Below, piece by piece: positions 1-8,748 of a DNA stretch of 64,000 nt. Position 1 is the stretch's first letter. Each line of letters begins with the position of its first letter. The DNA is taken from sequence record PV593634.1; one strand, given 5' to 3'. The notes beneath the pieces are model-generated. The model made no database searches. It saw only the letters and a list, made by a program, of their open reading frames with translations, and was not told the DNA's origin. Made by a program: the position numbers and the translations under genes.

Positions 1-3
1 GTC

Positions 4-1401
4 ATGGGCTTCCGTCGTAAAGATGTGGATGCTGCAATGTGCGGTTTAACTAAACATGCACTGATGATTCCAGATTCCACTTATGATGTTCTGTTCCATA
101 GTTCTCCTAATTGCATCGTAGCCGATGTTAAAGTAGAGACCGAACGTTATAAGAACTTGTCCAATAACAAACGTGCTGAGAAACGTAGTCAACCTCACAC
201 TCTGATTCTGGAGAAGTTGGAAGAAGAACAAAACGCCTTTGCTAACTCCATCGTAAGTTGGTATAAAGGTAAGCAACGTCAGTATATCGACAAGAAGCCA
301 CCGCTGTCTCGTGAATTGTGGAACTTCATTTGCTTTAACGGAATGGGATCCATTACTCGTGATTTCACATCTCCGAGTAGTAACGGTAAGTTCAGTAAGA
401 TCAAACGTAAGATGGGTAACATCCAGTTGAAAGATTGGCGTATCCAGATCGATCTGCGTGAGGATGTGGAAGGTCAGGTTCGATTCAAGAACACGGGTAT
501 GGATGGTAACAAATCCGTAATCATGAAGATCCTTCCAAGCAAATGTGCTCCGGTAGATGAACACGGTGTGATGGCAGATATGGTAGTGGGTAACACTCCT
601 GGCTATCGCCGTCAGATTTTCAACTCCTTTATGGAATTGGATATCAACTTCGTGAACATTCACATTTATCCAGAGATCAAGAAAGCTTATGAGTCTAAGG
701 ACTTCCAGAAAGCTTGGACACTGGCTCGTGATTTCTACGAAACAGTTTCTCCTGATCAGGGTCGTATGGTCGATTTGTTTAATGCTGAAGAAAGAATGCA
801 GCACTTACATTGGATCATGAAAGATGAGAACGAATTCTCAGCGTTGGGTAACAACACTGGTGAAATCCAAGGTGTTAAGATCATCGAACGACTGGCGGAT
901 AAATATCCTCATATTCAACCAACCCCGGTAACTTACGAAAACGAGTTTGGTGAAACCATTACGACTCGTCATCCAATCGTAATTAGTTCCGTCTATTACA
1001 TCATGCTGGATAAGTTCGGTGACGATATCAGTTGTCAGTCTACACCGAAACTAAACATCTTTGGTCTACCAACGTCTCTGTCTAAACATGAACGTGCTCG
1101 TGACTTCTATCGCGCAACGCTCAACCGAAACGTAGGTGAAACCGAAGGTCGTCTATTCATTAACCAAAAAGGTGGTGCAGCAGCAGTTCGTATTCTTGCT
1201 CTTGCAAACAGTGCGGAGTTGTTAGAAGAATCGGTTAAGCGCTTAATCCGTGCTGAGAACCCATTCCTCATTCCGCGTTTGGTATTACCTGGTGAAGAAT
1301 CTAAGAACCACTCTCTCCAAGTAATCGACAATATGTTATCTGACTTTGGCTTAGGATTTAGGAAAGAAAATGAAGAAGATAAAATTACGCGAGTTCGCTA
1401 A
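4..1401 (+). CDS. rpoB: Non-virion RNA polymerase beta subunit, C-terminal part (phiKZ gp71-73-like); 5'-truncated by window edge
   Basis: RFKNTGMDGNKSVI matches the beta GDK..GRHGNKG motif; YYIMLDK and RNVGETEGR match beta C-terminal YxxKLxH / GEME regions; frame is open to base 1; followed by beta'-C gene. Confidence 0.9.
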   Translation: MGFRRKDVDAAMCGLTKHALMIPDSTYDVLFHSSPNCIVADVKVETERYKNLSNNKRAEKRSQPHTLILEKLEEEQNAFANSIVSWYKGKQRQYIDKKPPLSRELWNFICFNGMGSITRDFTSPSSNGKFSKIKRKMGNIQLKDWRIQIDLREDVEGQVRFKNTGMDGNKSVIMKILPSKCAPVDEHGVMADMVVGNTPGYRRQIFNSFMELDINFVNIHIYPEIKKAYESKDFQKAWTLARDFYETVSPDQGRMVDLFNAEERMQHLHWIMKDENEFSALGNNTGEIQGVKIIERLADKYPHIQPTPVTYENEFGETITTRHPIVISSVYYIMLDKFGDDISCQSTPKLNIFGLPTSLSKHERARDFYRATLNRNVGETEGRLFINQKGGAAAVRILALANSAELLEESVKRLIRAENPFLIPRLVLPGEESKNHSLQVIDNMLSDFGLGFRKENEEDKITRVR

Positions 1402-3391
1402 CCTCTCTTGCTTGTCCATGCTCCAGTTCACTGAACGTCGAGTGAAAACAGAAGTAGTAGATGATAAAGGCGACACAGTAATTACCGATACATGGATGTT
1501 GGCTCTTTCCTGGTTTAGTTTGGTAGTCCATCGTTATTATAACGAAGAACCTTATCACATCGACGAACTTGCTTTGTTAAATGCCAAAGATGGTTGTCAG
1601 GCATTTATCGATGATGATACGTTGAAGGTTCCAATCGATAACTTCTTAGAACGTCTGATGCCAAAGTATGACGATCCGGTGTTCTATGATTTTATCAAAC
1701 AGCTGATCTTCACATGGCATAACCAGGTTCACAACTATCTCTGTATTAAATCCGAGACAGGTGTGGTATCTGCACGTGCTATGGATGTTGTTCATTGTTA
1801 TCGACATCCTCCAGTAGCTGATCTGAAGAAACGTGTGGCTGAAGGTAAAACCAACTTGGCTGATGCGGCTAAGGAATTCGAAACGATCATGATGACAGAT
1901 CCTGCTTTTGATAAGTCGGTATTCGGTCTATTGTATCGTACTCGTTCGGTTAACCCAACACAGTCGTTCCAGCTGGTGATTGCTCGTGGTGACGTATTCG
2001 ACTTGAACAACGTTATCCTGCCAAACACCGTAATGCCTTCCTATGCTGATGGTATTACCAACCTAGCCGATTCGCTGGGTGAATCCAAAGCAGCAGGGTT
2101 CTCCTTGATCTCTAACGGCTCTGCACTCCAGGACTCCGAATGGTTCCATAAAAAGATCCACAACGTGTCTCAGGTAGTGCAGGGTGTTCGTTATCAAACA
2201 GACTGTGGCTCCACTACGGGCCCGGTGCTGAAGATCATCAGTAAGGAGTTCAAGAAGTCGTTAGCTGGTCGTTGGCGTATTAATGACGATGGAACTACAA
2301 CCCTTCTAACTTATGAAGAATTGAAGAAGATCGAAACTGGTGACATAATCCGTATTCGTGACGTTGCTTGGTGCCATCATGCTGGGCGTGATGGTAAGCC
2401 ATGTTCTATTTGTTTTGGTAAAATGGAATCCGCACTTCCGTATAATCCATATACCCAAAAGTCAGCAGTTCCTGGATTGTTCTATGGTTCTACATTTGCG
2501 GAACCTATTGGACAGTCCATCCTGAAAACCAAACACCGTATCGGCTCCGCAACAGCTGTAGGGTTCAAGGTTAACAGACAGGACGTTGATTATATCACAA
2601 CTGACGAACATGGCGACTACATCTATTTCCATAAAGGTATTCTGAACGAAGAATCCGATCCGTATATCATTCTGGATAAAGAAACCCAGCAGGACTTCTC
2701 CGACTTCCAGTTCATGGATAACATTGAAGATCTTGATGCATCTCGTCTGCGTACTTACGAAGCTATTAAACTGCGCGTTAACATCGTTAACCCAATGTTC
2801 GATAATCGTAAAGCAACTCACTATCCGACAATCGTTACCACGGTAGCATCTCGTGATGCTCGTATGACGAAACCGTTTATCGAGTATCTGTTATCCAAAC
2901 CTATGGAAGAAGAAGGTCGTACCTTTAAGATCAGTCTGAAAGACTTTGACTTCAAAGAACCGGCCTTCGAACTACCGCAGGTAAACGAAGACCTTGATGC
3001 TTATCGTAAACGTGTAGAAACATTCTTGAAGTTCCCGAATATTAACCGTCGTTGGGATGTGAAGGTAACACCTGAGTTACATGGTGAAACTATGATTGCA
3101 TTCTGGAAGGTAGTAGACGAGAAATATAAAGGTGCGAATATCATCATGCATTCTATCTTCCTATGGGCGTGTATGGCAAGAGATCCAGAGAACCTGGACT
3201 TTGGTATTCCTATTGGGGATGAACCTCGTAACTTCATTTCTCTGCACGATGCGGTACTGTCTCGTGGTTTAGGTAACACCTTGTTGTATGGCTGGCAGGG
3301 AAGTGCGTTGTTGGGTAGTCCAATTAACTTCCTGATCAAGAACCGTCAGGGTGGTGCTCTGGAAGCATTCATCCATCCAATCGCTCGTTAA
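1370..3391 (+). CDS. rpoC: Non-virion RNA polymerase beta' subunit, C-terminal part (phiKZ gp74-like)
   Basis: 673 aa; Zn-binding pattern TDCGS...RDVAWC...CSICFG and STFAEPIGQSILKTKH (equivalent to QSIGEPGTQLTMRTFH trigger-loop region); synteny with beta-C and SF2 helicase. Confidence 0.88.
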   Translation: MKKIKLREFANLSCLSMLQFTERRVKTEVVDDKGDTVITDTWMLALSWFSLVVHRYYNEEPYHIDELALLNAKDGCQAFIDDDTLKVPIDNFLERLMPKYDDPVFYDFIKQLIFTWHNQVHNYLCIKSETGVVSARAMDVVHCYRHPPVADLKKRVAEGKTNLADAAKEFETIMMTDPAFDKSVFGLLYRTRSVNPTQSFQLVIARGDVFDLNNVILPNTVMPSYADGITNLADSLGESKAAGFSLISNGSALQDSEWFHKKIHNVSQVVQGVRYQTDCGSTTGPVLKIISKEFKKSLAGRWRINDDGTTTLLTYEELKKIETGDIIRIRDVAWCHHAGRDGKPCSICFGKMESALPYNPYTQKSAVPGLFYGSTFAEPIGQSILKTKHRIGSATAVGFKVNRQDVDYITTDEHGDYIYFHKGILNEESDPYIILDKETQQDFSDFQFMDNIEDLDASRLRTYEAIKLRVNIVNPMFDNRKATHYPTIVTTVASRDARMTKPFIEYLLSKPMEEEGRTFKISLKDFDFKEPAFELPQVNEDLDAYRKRVETFLKFPNINRRWDVKVTPELHGETMIAFWKVVDEKYKGANIIMHSIFLWACMARDPENLDFGIPIGDEPRNFISLHDAVLSRGLGNTLLYGWQGSALLGSPINFLIKNRQGGALEAFIHPIAR

Positions 3392-3426
3392 TAAATGAAA
3401 GGACAAGGATGTCCTAGGAGAAACAA

Positions 3427-3630
3427 ATGGTTAACCGAATTCAAGCTGATGTTAGTGACTCAACAGCTAAAGCGTTTGAAGAGTTCAAGAAAGATCACTG
3501 TATGACAAAGGGCGTGACCATTGATCGTGCCGTTGCATTATACCGTCGTATGTTTTCCGAAGCTCAAGCCGATAATCGTATCATGATTATCGATTCTCTA
3601 GGAAATCAAAAAGAAATCGTATTACTGTAA
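3427..3630 (+). CDS. Ribbon-helix-helix (CopG/Arc-like) small DNA-binding protein
   Basis: 67 aa; N-terminal alternating strand RIQADV, then helix-G-helix (..KKDHCMTKGVTIDRAVALY); strong SD AGGAG. Confidence 0.6.
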   Translation: MVNRIQADVSDSTAKAFEEFKKDHCMTKGVTIDRAVALYRRMFSEAQADNRIMIIDSLGNQKEIVLL

Positions 3631-3640
3631 GGGGAACAAA

Positions 3641-3817
3641 ATGATCTATAGCGCTCGCGAATTGAAAGAACATCTGAACAACACCGCTGGCTTTAAAGAC
3701 GGCAAGTGGGTACCCATTCGCCCAGTTCCTATGTTTGGTTGGGGTGGTTTAAAACGTCGTATCAAAGGCGCCTGGCTGGTTCTCACTAACAAGGCTGACG
3801 CCGTAACCTGGAAATAA
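3641..3817 (+). CDS. Small hypothetical phage protein (58 aa), absent from the supplied ORF track
   Basis: Manual translation MIYSARELKEHLNNTAGFKDGKWVPIRPVPMFGWGGLKRRIKGAWLVLTNKADAVTWK; SD-like AAGGGG upstream; fills the gap between two + genes. Confidence 0.8.
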   Translation: MIYSARELKEHLNNTAGFKDGKWVPIRPVPMFGWGGLKRRIKGAWLVLTNKADAVTWK

Positions 3818-3822
3818 TCGAA

Positions 3823-4128
3823 ATGAAAGAAGTAGAAGATATTGTACTGCTGATCAAAATGGGTGAATCTGTGCAGATGCCCCGCCGTGAAGTATTCTCT
3901 CACTTCCCAGTACTTCGTGTTATTAAAGTAGTTAAGGATGGAGTTCCCATTGGTACTGAATTCTTCCCTGGGGCTCAATCCGTACCTAGTACTCGTCATC
4001 CTAAAACGATCCGTTTAGTAAATCTGAACTGGAACGGTGTCGATGTCCGTGTTTTGTATGATTCAACATCCAAGCAAGTCTCCCTTGTTTCTGGTAATGT
4101 TGATTCCGTATCTATCCGCGTTATATAA
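3823..4128 (+). CDS. Hypothetical protein; single copy of local beta-rich repeat domain
   Basis: C-terminal LYDSTSKQVSLVSG..SVSIRV resembles the repeats in 4138-5322. Confidence 0.65.
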   Translation: MKEVEDIVLLIKMGESVQMPRREVFSHFPVLRVIKVVKDGVPIGTEFFPGAQSVPSTRHPKTIRLVNLNWNGVDVRVLYDSTSKQVSLVSGNVDSVSIRVI

Positions 4129-4137
4129 GGAAAGTAA

Positions 4138-5322
4138 ATGAAACCGCAACATCCCGGTGAGTTTCTGCAGGACCTAATGAGTGAGTACAGGCTTACTGCC
4201 AAAGATGTGGCAGAAAGGACAGGTATCAGCACTCCTATTATCAGCCGCATCATTAATGGTAAGGCTCCGTTATCCGTTTATAATGCGCTACGTATTGGTA
4301 AGTTGTTCGGACTCGACAGAACGTTTTTGAATAACCTTCAGTTGAACTTCGATATGTACGAGATTGCTAATACCAAGAATCTTAAAGACCAGCTGGATGC
4401 TATTGAACCTTTGGATCTTAAACTGGAATTCGATACTGATAAAGATGCCGTCATCAATGTGGCTGGCGGTACTACGGTTGATGTTGGTAAGAAGATCGAT
4501 GTTGATTCTCTACGTATAACCAACTACCGTCGCGCTAATTTGTACCACACTAAACGTGGGGTTGAACTTCCCTATCTTCAACCTGATTGGGACGAAGCTA
4601 AAGCATATGGTAAAGTAAAACTACCATGTGGGATGGCACACATTCATTATGATAAGGAAAGAAACCGTATTCGTATTGTTGGTGTGGGATCTATGGAAAT
4701 TCGTTTCGATTTCGCTCCTGAACCTAAAGAGCGCGATCGTTACAACATCTTTAAATCCCGCGAAACCATCATGCCCGAAGGTTTCAATCTAGAGTCTCTG
4801 ACTGTAGCTAATTATAAAACTGGGATGTTTATTGAAACTGACTGGAAAGAACCCATTCCTAATAATAAACCGGAATGGGTCGTTATTGGCGACATAGAAG
4901 GAGTTAAAACAGCCACATTAAGTACTGGTCGTGGCGAGAACATCAACTTCAAATATTTAGTAGAGAAGCGTTTACTAATTGTATCCGGTCCGCAGGAAAC
5001 CATTATCGAGTTCGATAAGTGTGACAACAGGCCGCGTAATCGTTATCAGGATCTGGTAATGAATAACGAAACCTGGTTCATGCCGATTCATGGTGCTCCT
5101 AACTTATTAACGCTGGAGGTTATTTCTGGTGTTGATAAGCACGGTTCTATCGAACCAATTAGAACGGTTCCGCTGTTCCGGTTGGTTGATCCGTTAATAG
5201 AACTATGGGCTGGCACTGTAAGTATTGGGGAGCAGGTAATTGCTATCTCTTATGACAGGAAACAAAACCGTCTGACTATGGATGGTTCTTCCTCTGTTTG
5301 TATCCGTTTTGAGTACGAGTAA
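4138..5322 (+). CDS. higA: HigA-family (Xre/Cro HTH) antitoxin-like domain fused to three ~90-aa repeats
   Basis: N-terminus MKPQHPGEFLQDLM...LTAKDVAERTGISTPIISRIINGKAPLSVYNALRIGKLFG...LNNLQLNFD is the HigA HPGE-HTH signature; C-terminal ~280 aa internally repeated. Confidence 0.8.
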   Translation: MKPQHPGEFLQDLMSEYRLTAKDVAERTGISTPIISRIINGKAPLSVYNALRIGKLFGLDRTFLNNLQLNFDMYEIANTKNLKDQLDAIEPLDLKLEFDTDKDAVINVAGGTTVDVGKKIDVDSLRITNYRRANLYHTKRGVELPYLQPDWDEAKAYGKVKLPCGMAHIHYDKERNRIRIVGVGSMEIRFDFAPEPKERDRYNIFKSRETIMPEGFNLESLTVANYKTGMFIETDWKEPIPNNKPEWVVIGDIEGVKTATLSTGRGENINFKYLVEKRLLIVSGPQETIIEFDKCDNRPRNRYQDLVMNNETWFMPIHGAPNLLTLEVISGVDKHGSIEPIRTVPLFRLVDPLIELWAGTVSIGEQVIAISYDRKQNRLTMDGSSSVCIRFEYE

Positions 5323-5371
5323 TTTACCTCTCCTATGATATGAATGAAAAACATATCAAAAGGAATTACCC

Positions 5372-5602
5372 GTGATTACCTCAATCAGTGAAATGAAACC
5401 AGGTGAGTATTTCAAGGTAGATTCGGCCGAAGGCGGGATCACCAAAGCACCATGCACTCGCAGAATCCTGGCTGTGGGTGAAAAGACTGTAGCTTCTGAT
5501 GCATTCGCAGATAAGGGCTATCACTTTAAACTTAAGATGGCTAACTACATTGGGACTATCACTACCCCCAATGGCATGGTCATTCATCAATTCAAAATGT
5601 AA
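5372..5602 (+). CDS. Hypothetical protein (76 aa)
   Basis: GTG start after SD AAGGA; ends just before a hairpin. Confidence 0.7.
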   Translation: MITSISEMKPGEYFKVDSAEGGITKAPCTRRILAVGEKTVASDAFADKGYHFKLKMANYIGTITTPNGMVIHQFKM

Positions 5603-5606
5603 AACA

Positions 5607-5630
5607 GGATAGGGGCTTCGGCTCCTATCC
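5607..5630 (+). terminator. Hairpin terminator-like element
   Basis: GGATAGGGGC-TTCG-GCTCCTATCC then TTTATG. Confidence 0.75.
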
Positions 5631-5655
5631 TTTATGTTTGTATAAGGAAAATGAA

Positions 5656-5925
5656 ATGAACGTTATCTCTTTAAACAAAGGCGAAGAAGTAGTAATCAAT
5701 GATGCATCTATCACTGAGTTCTGGCTTACTTCCATTGTGAAGGAGGACGATTCAACCATCGTGAAAGATAAACCGACCCACCCGTCAGAATTCAGTATTA
5801 AAGAGCCTCTGCGTTGTAACTATAACTACGACGGCATGACGCCTACTATTATCTTTGACGTCAATTCCCGTAAGCTGAAAGCTACCGGATACGGCTACAA
5901 GACACTCACCTTTGTATTCAACTAA
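5656..5925 (+). CDS. Hypothetical protein; local beta-rich repeat domain
   Basis: ATG 5656 after SD AAGGA (track start 5638); C-terminal IFDVNSRKLKATGYGYKTLTF pattern. Confidence 0.7.
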   Translation: MNVISLNKGEEVVINDASITEFWLTSIVKEDDSTIVKDKPTHPSEFSIKEPLRCNYNYDGMTPTIIFDVNSRKLKATGYGYKTLTFVFN

Positions 5926-5936
5926 GGACTATCGTT

Positions 5937-6257
5937 ATGATGGCGATTGAATTAAACGGTTTACTGAACACCAATTATTCCCAGAAACACATTCAGGAAT
6001 TGTTGCTTGGTAAGCCTGTGGTACGTTTGGACATTATGCGTATCGTTAAGATTGATGGTACTCACATCAACATCCCTCAAGGTGCCGTTGGGTTCAAACA
6101 AGACTCAGATGGTGTATGGCGTTCTGAAGGCGAGGTGGTACAGAAAGAAGGGAAGCCTTCCATCAAGTACCGTCTAGAATTCGACCCAGCTACCCGTGCA
6201 TATAAAGTCGACGGTGAGTATTTCGAACGTATTATCTCTCGCGTTTATATCGACTAA
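5937..6257 (+). CDS. Hypothetical protein; local beta-rich repeat domain
   Basis: SD AAGGA; C-terminal LEFDPATRAYKVDGEYFERII pattern. Confidence 0.7.
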   Translation: MMAIELNGLLNTNYSQKHIQELLLGKPVVRLDIMRIVKIDGTHINIPQGAVGFKQDSDGVWRSEGEVVQKEGKPSIKYRLEFDPATRAYKVDGEYFERIISRVYID

Positions 6258-6262
6258 ACAAA

Positions 6263-6286
6263 CTCAAATAGATATCATTGGGGTGT
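6263..6286 (+). promoter_or_regulatory. Candidate phage promoter motif (degenerate copy)
   Basis: CTCAAATAGATATCATTGGGGTGT; upstream of helicase. Confidence 0.35.
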
Positions 6287-6300
6287 AAGTTACTCACCCC
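6280..6300 (+). terminator. Hairpin terminator-like element
   Basis: GGGGTG...CACCCC then TTTATATG. Confidence 0.5.
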
Positions 6301-6401
6301 TTTATATGGAGGATTAGAAAAAGACTGCTAGGGCAATAAGTTAGACCAGTATCTTTTGGCCCCAGTAGTTACTGGATTTAATTTATGTGAGGTTAAATCA
6401 G

Positions 6402-7946
6402 ATGAGAAGAACACTAGTTGTTCATAAAGCGAGCACGTATGTTCGTCTTACTGACTTTAAGCCTGAACTCGTCCAGCAAATATTACGACCTTTTTGTGCA
6501 CGACGTTTTTATAGAGTTCAGAAGGTCCCTATACCAGGTGGTGGACCCAATGCTTTCAAAAAGGAAGTAAGCCACGTATTTGCAAGATTCAACGAAGACA
6601 GAACAGAGTTAAGGTTTAACGCCGAAGCTTTACCTGAGCTTATCAAATTCATGGAGGAAAACGGATATAGTAAGTCTCGTATCCAGATCAACGAGGAAAA
6701 GGTCATTGAGGCAGCTGATGTCAAGCTTAAGCTCAAAGATCCAAAGATAAAACCACGTAATGAAATTCAGGAAGAATACACTGAGTTCATGGGTGGACCC
6801 AAACCGTTAGTTGTTAACAACATGGGTACTGGTCAGGGTAAAACGTTTTGTGCGATCTGGACGTCTGTACAGCTCGGTAAGCGAGTGCTCATAACGGTAT
6901 TGCCAAGATATGTCGATATCTGGATTAAAGCGTTTGGTGAGTTCCTGGACATCCATCCAACGGACATTCTCGTAGCAGATACGTTCGGGGTGGAGAAACT
7001 ACACCAGACCATGAAGGATGGGTTAATTAATCCTTCTATCATTATACTACCGTTAACCAAGATCGACGTTTATATTAAACGTATGAAAGAAGATCCTGAA
7101 CTACCTGGTTTGGATGAAGTCTTTCACGATCTGAAATGTGGTGTGAGAATTATTGATGAGGCTCACGAATCGATCTATTCGGTTTACATGTCTCTGATGT
7201 TTGGTAACCATATGAAGACGATGGCTTTGTCAGCAACGCTTAAAGGCGATGACGATTTCATCAACTCCGTATATAACCAGATATTCCCACAACACTGTTA
7301 TCTACGTCCTCCCGAATATACCAAGTACATTCATGTCATTGCGTATAGTCACCGGATGGATGTTAACCGATACAGAATCAACGCAAAAGGATTCGGTGGT
7401 TATTCCCATGTTAAGTTTGAACAGGGAATAATGAAAAGCAGTCACGTCTGGGAACAGTATTACCAAATGCTCAAAGAGTCATTTAAGGTATATTACCTAG
7501 ACACTCTTCGTGACGGTCAAAAGGCCATGTGGTTCTTTGCGACGATCGAAATGTGTGACTTGTTCTTGAAGCGACTTAAGGTCGACTATCCAGATCTTGA
7601 TGCAATTGTCTTTACGGCTGAACAGTCGAGCAAGAAGGAAACGAAAACCGCTTACCGTGAGCACCAGGTCGTTATTACAACGCCAGGCTCTTGTGGTACC
7701 GGTAAAGACATTCCGAAGCTCTACATCGTGTTTAGCCCTATCTCTGTGAGTTCTTCACAGCGTAACGACCAGATGGTTGGACGTACTCGTCCGATTGACA
7801 AATGGTGGCCTGACTTGGATCCGATATTCTTGTACTACGTCTGCCCTGATATATCCAAACAGGTTGACTATCACAGGAAACGGAGACAGATCTTCGATAA
7901 GAAGATGAAGAAGTTTACTTTGATTGACAGTGGTTCTCGTATTTAA
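6402..7946 (+). CDS. SF2 DEAH-box helicase (phiKZ gp75-like, UvsW-related)
   Basis: Walker A MGTGQGKT, Walker B IIDEAH, motif III LSAT, motif V GTGKDIP, motif VI QMVGR; ATG 6402 follows SD GAGGT (track start 6387). Confidence 0.92.
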   Translation: MRRTLVVHKASTYVRLTDFKPELVQQILRPFCARRFYRVQKVPIPGGGPNAFKKEVSHVFARFNEDRTELRFNAEALPELIKFMEENGYSKSRIQINEEKVIEAADVKLKLKDPKIKPRNEIQEEYTEFMGGPKPLVVNNMGTGQGKTFCAIWTSVQLGKRVLITVLPRYVDIWIKAFGEFLDIHPTDILVADTFGVEKLHQTMKDGLINPSIIILPLTKIDVYIKRMKEDPELPGLDEVFHDLKCGVRIIDEAHESIYSVYMSLMFGNHMKTMALSATLKGDDDFINSVYNQIFPQHCYLRPPEYTKYIHVIAYSHRMDVNRYRINAKGFGGYSHVKFEQGIMKSSHVWEQYYQMLKESFKVYYLDTLRDGQKAMWFFATIEMCDLFLKRLKVDYPDLDAIVFTAEQSSKKETKTAYREHQVVITTPGSCGTGKDIPKLYIVFSPISVSSSQRNDQMVGRTRPIDKWWPDLDPIFLYYVCPDISKQVDYHRKRRQIFDKKMKKFTLIDSGSRI

Positions 7947-7949
7947 ACT

Positions 7950-7979
7950 AGACTCTGGGGGCTTCGGCTTCCAGGGTCT
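7950..7979 (+). terminator. Hairpin terminator after helicase gene
   Basis: AGACTCTGGGGGC-TTCG-GCTTCCAGGGTCT with G-T pairs. Confidence 0.7.
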
Positions 7980-7991
7980 TAATCTCTGGCG

Positions 7992-8402
7992 GTGAGCATG
8001 GAGCTAATATCCTTGAACCTGCGTTTCCCGCTTATACAGGACACGACAGTTTTGCAAGTAATAGGTGCTGGGCTAATGTACTTATTCGATAAGCACAAAA
8101 CGTTAGGCACTGATATAGATGACACCTTAATGATTGACCAAGCAAAGTTAACCATGGGTGATCATTGTAGTGATTTGATTATAACCGATGAACAGTTCGA
8201 GCTGTGTTATAACAATGCATGCGACGGTTTAAATACAGCCCTTGTATGCCACTGTGACAGCTTGAAAGCTTTAGCCGAACAGATAGACGGAGTCAGAGAT
8301 ATCTTCTCCATGGAGTATCCTGGAGTCCTTAAATTGTACGTTAAAGAAGGAGTCCCTAACTATGGAGCAGATGGAAGTCCTTTCGTTCACCTTCTCCAAT
8401 AG
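7992..8402 (+). CDS. Hypothetical protein
   Basis: ORF in tightly packed + strand run; start uncertain (7992 or 7998). Confidence 0.6.
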   Translation: MSMELISLNLRFPLIQDTTVLQVIGAGLMYLFDKHKTLGTDIDDTLMIDQAKLTMGDHCSDLIITDEQFELCYNNACDGLNTALVCHCDSLKALAEQIDGVRDIFSMEYPGVLKLYVKEGVPNYGADGSPFVHLLQ

Positions 8403-8748
8403 GAAAGTGAATTCCGCTATCTATAGTAACCAGCAATACTTGAATGAAGTGATTGTGTTCGTCCTAGGTGAAAGACTGATCTTAGGTCCCACCGACCCGT
8501 ATAGTGTCCGTGAGAACATGCACGGTTACATATCGAGTATTCTTGATCCTTTAGATCTACCAATGATCGAGGACATTGTCGACGAGCTAGAAAAGCACGT
8601 CACTGTTATATCTTCTGATACAACATACGCTGCTTTATATCTCAGTGGAGAATGTTTCCTCAAATATGAATATCAACAGTTTAACCGTTTCTGCAAACTT
8701 ATGGTCTACTGCGATCCCTATGAGTTTGCTGACCCAACCACTTTTTAA
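8362..8748 (+). CDS. Hypothetical protein
   Basis: SD AAGGAG upstream; overlaps previous gene end. Confidence 0.6.
   Translation: MEQMEVLSFTFSNRKVNSAIYSNQQYLNEVIVFVLGERLILGPTDPYSVRENMHGYISSILDPLDLPMIEDIVDELEKHVTVISSDTTYAALYLSGECFLKYEYQQFNRFCKLMVYCDPYEFADPTTF

Noticed and set aside
3823-4128. Possible HigB toxin (size and position upstream of HigA-like gene fit)
   Set aside because: No RelE/HigB catalytic pattern; its C-terminus instead matches the local repeat domain. A structure search could overturn this
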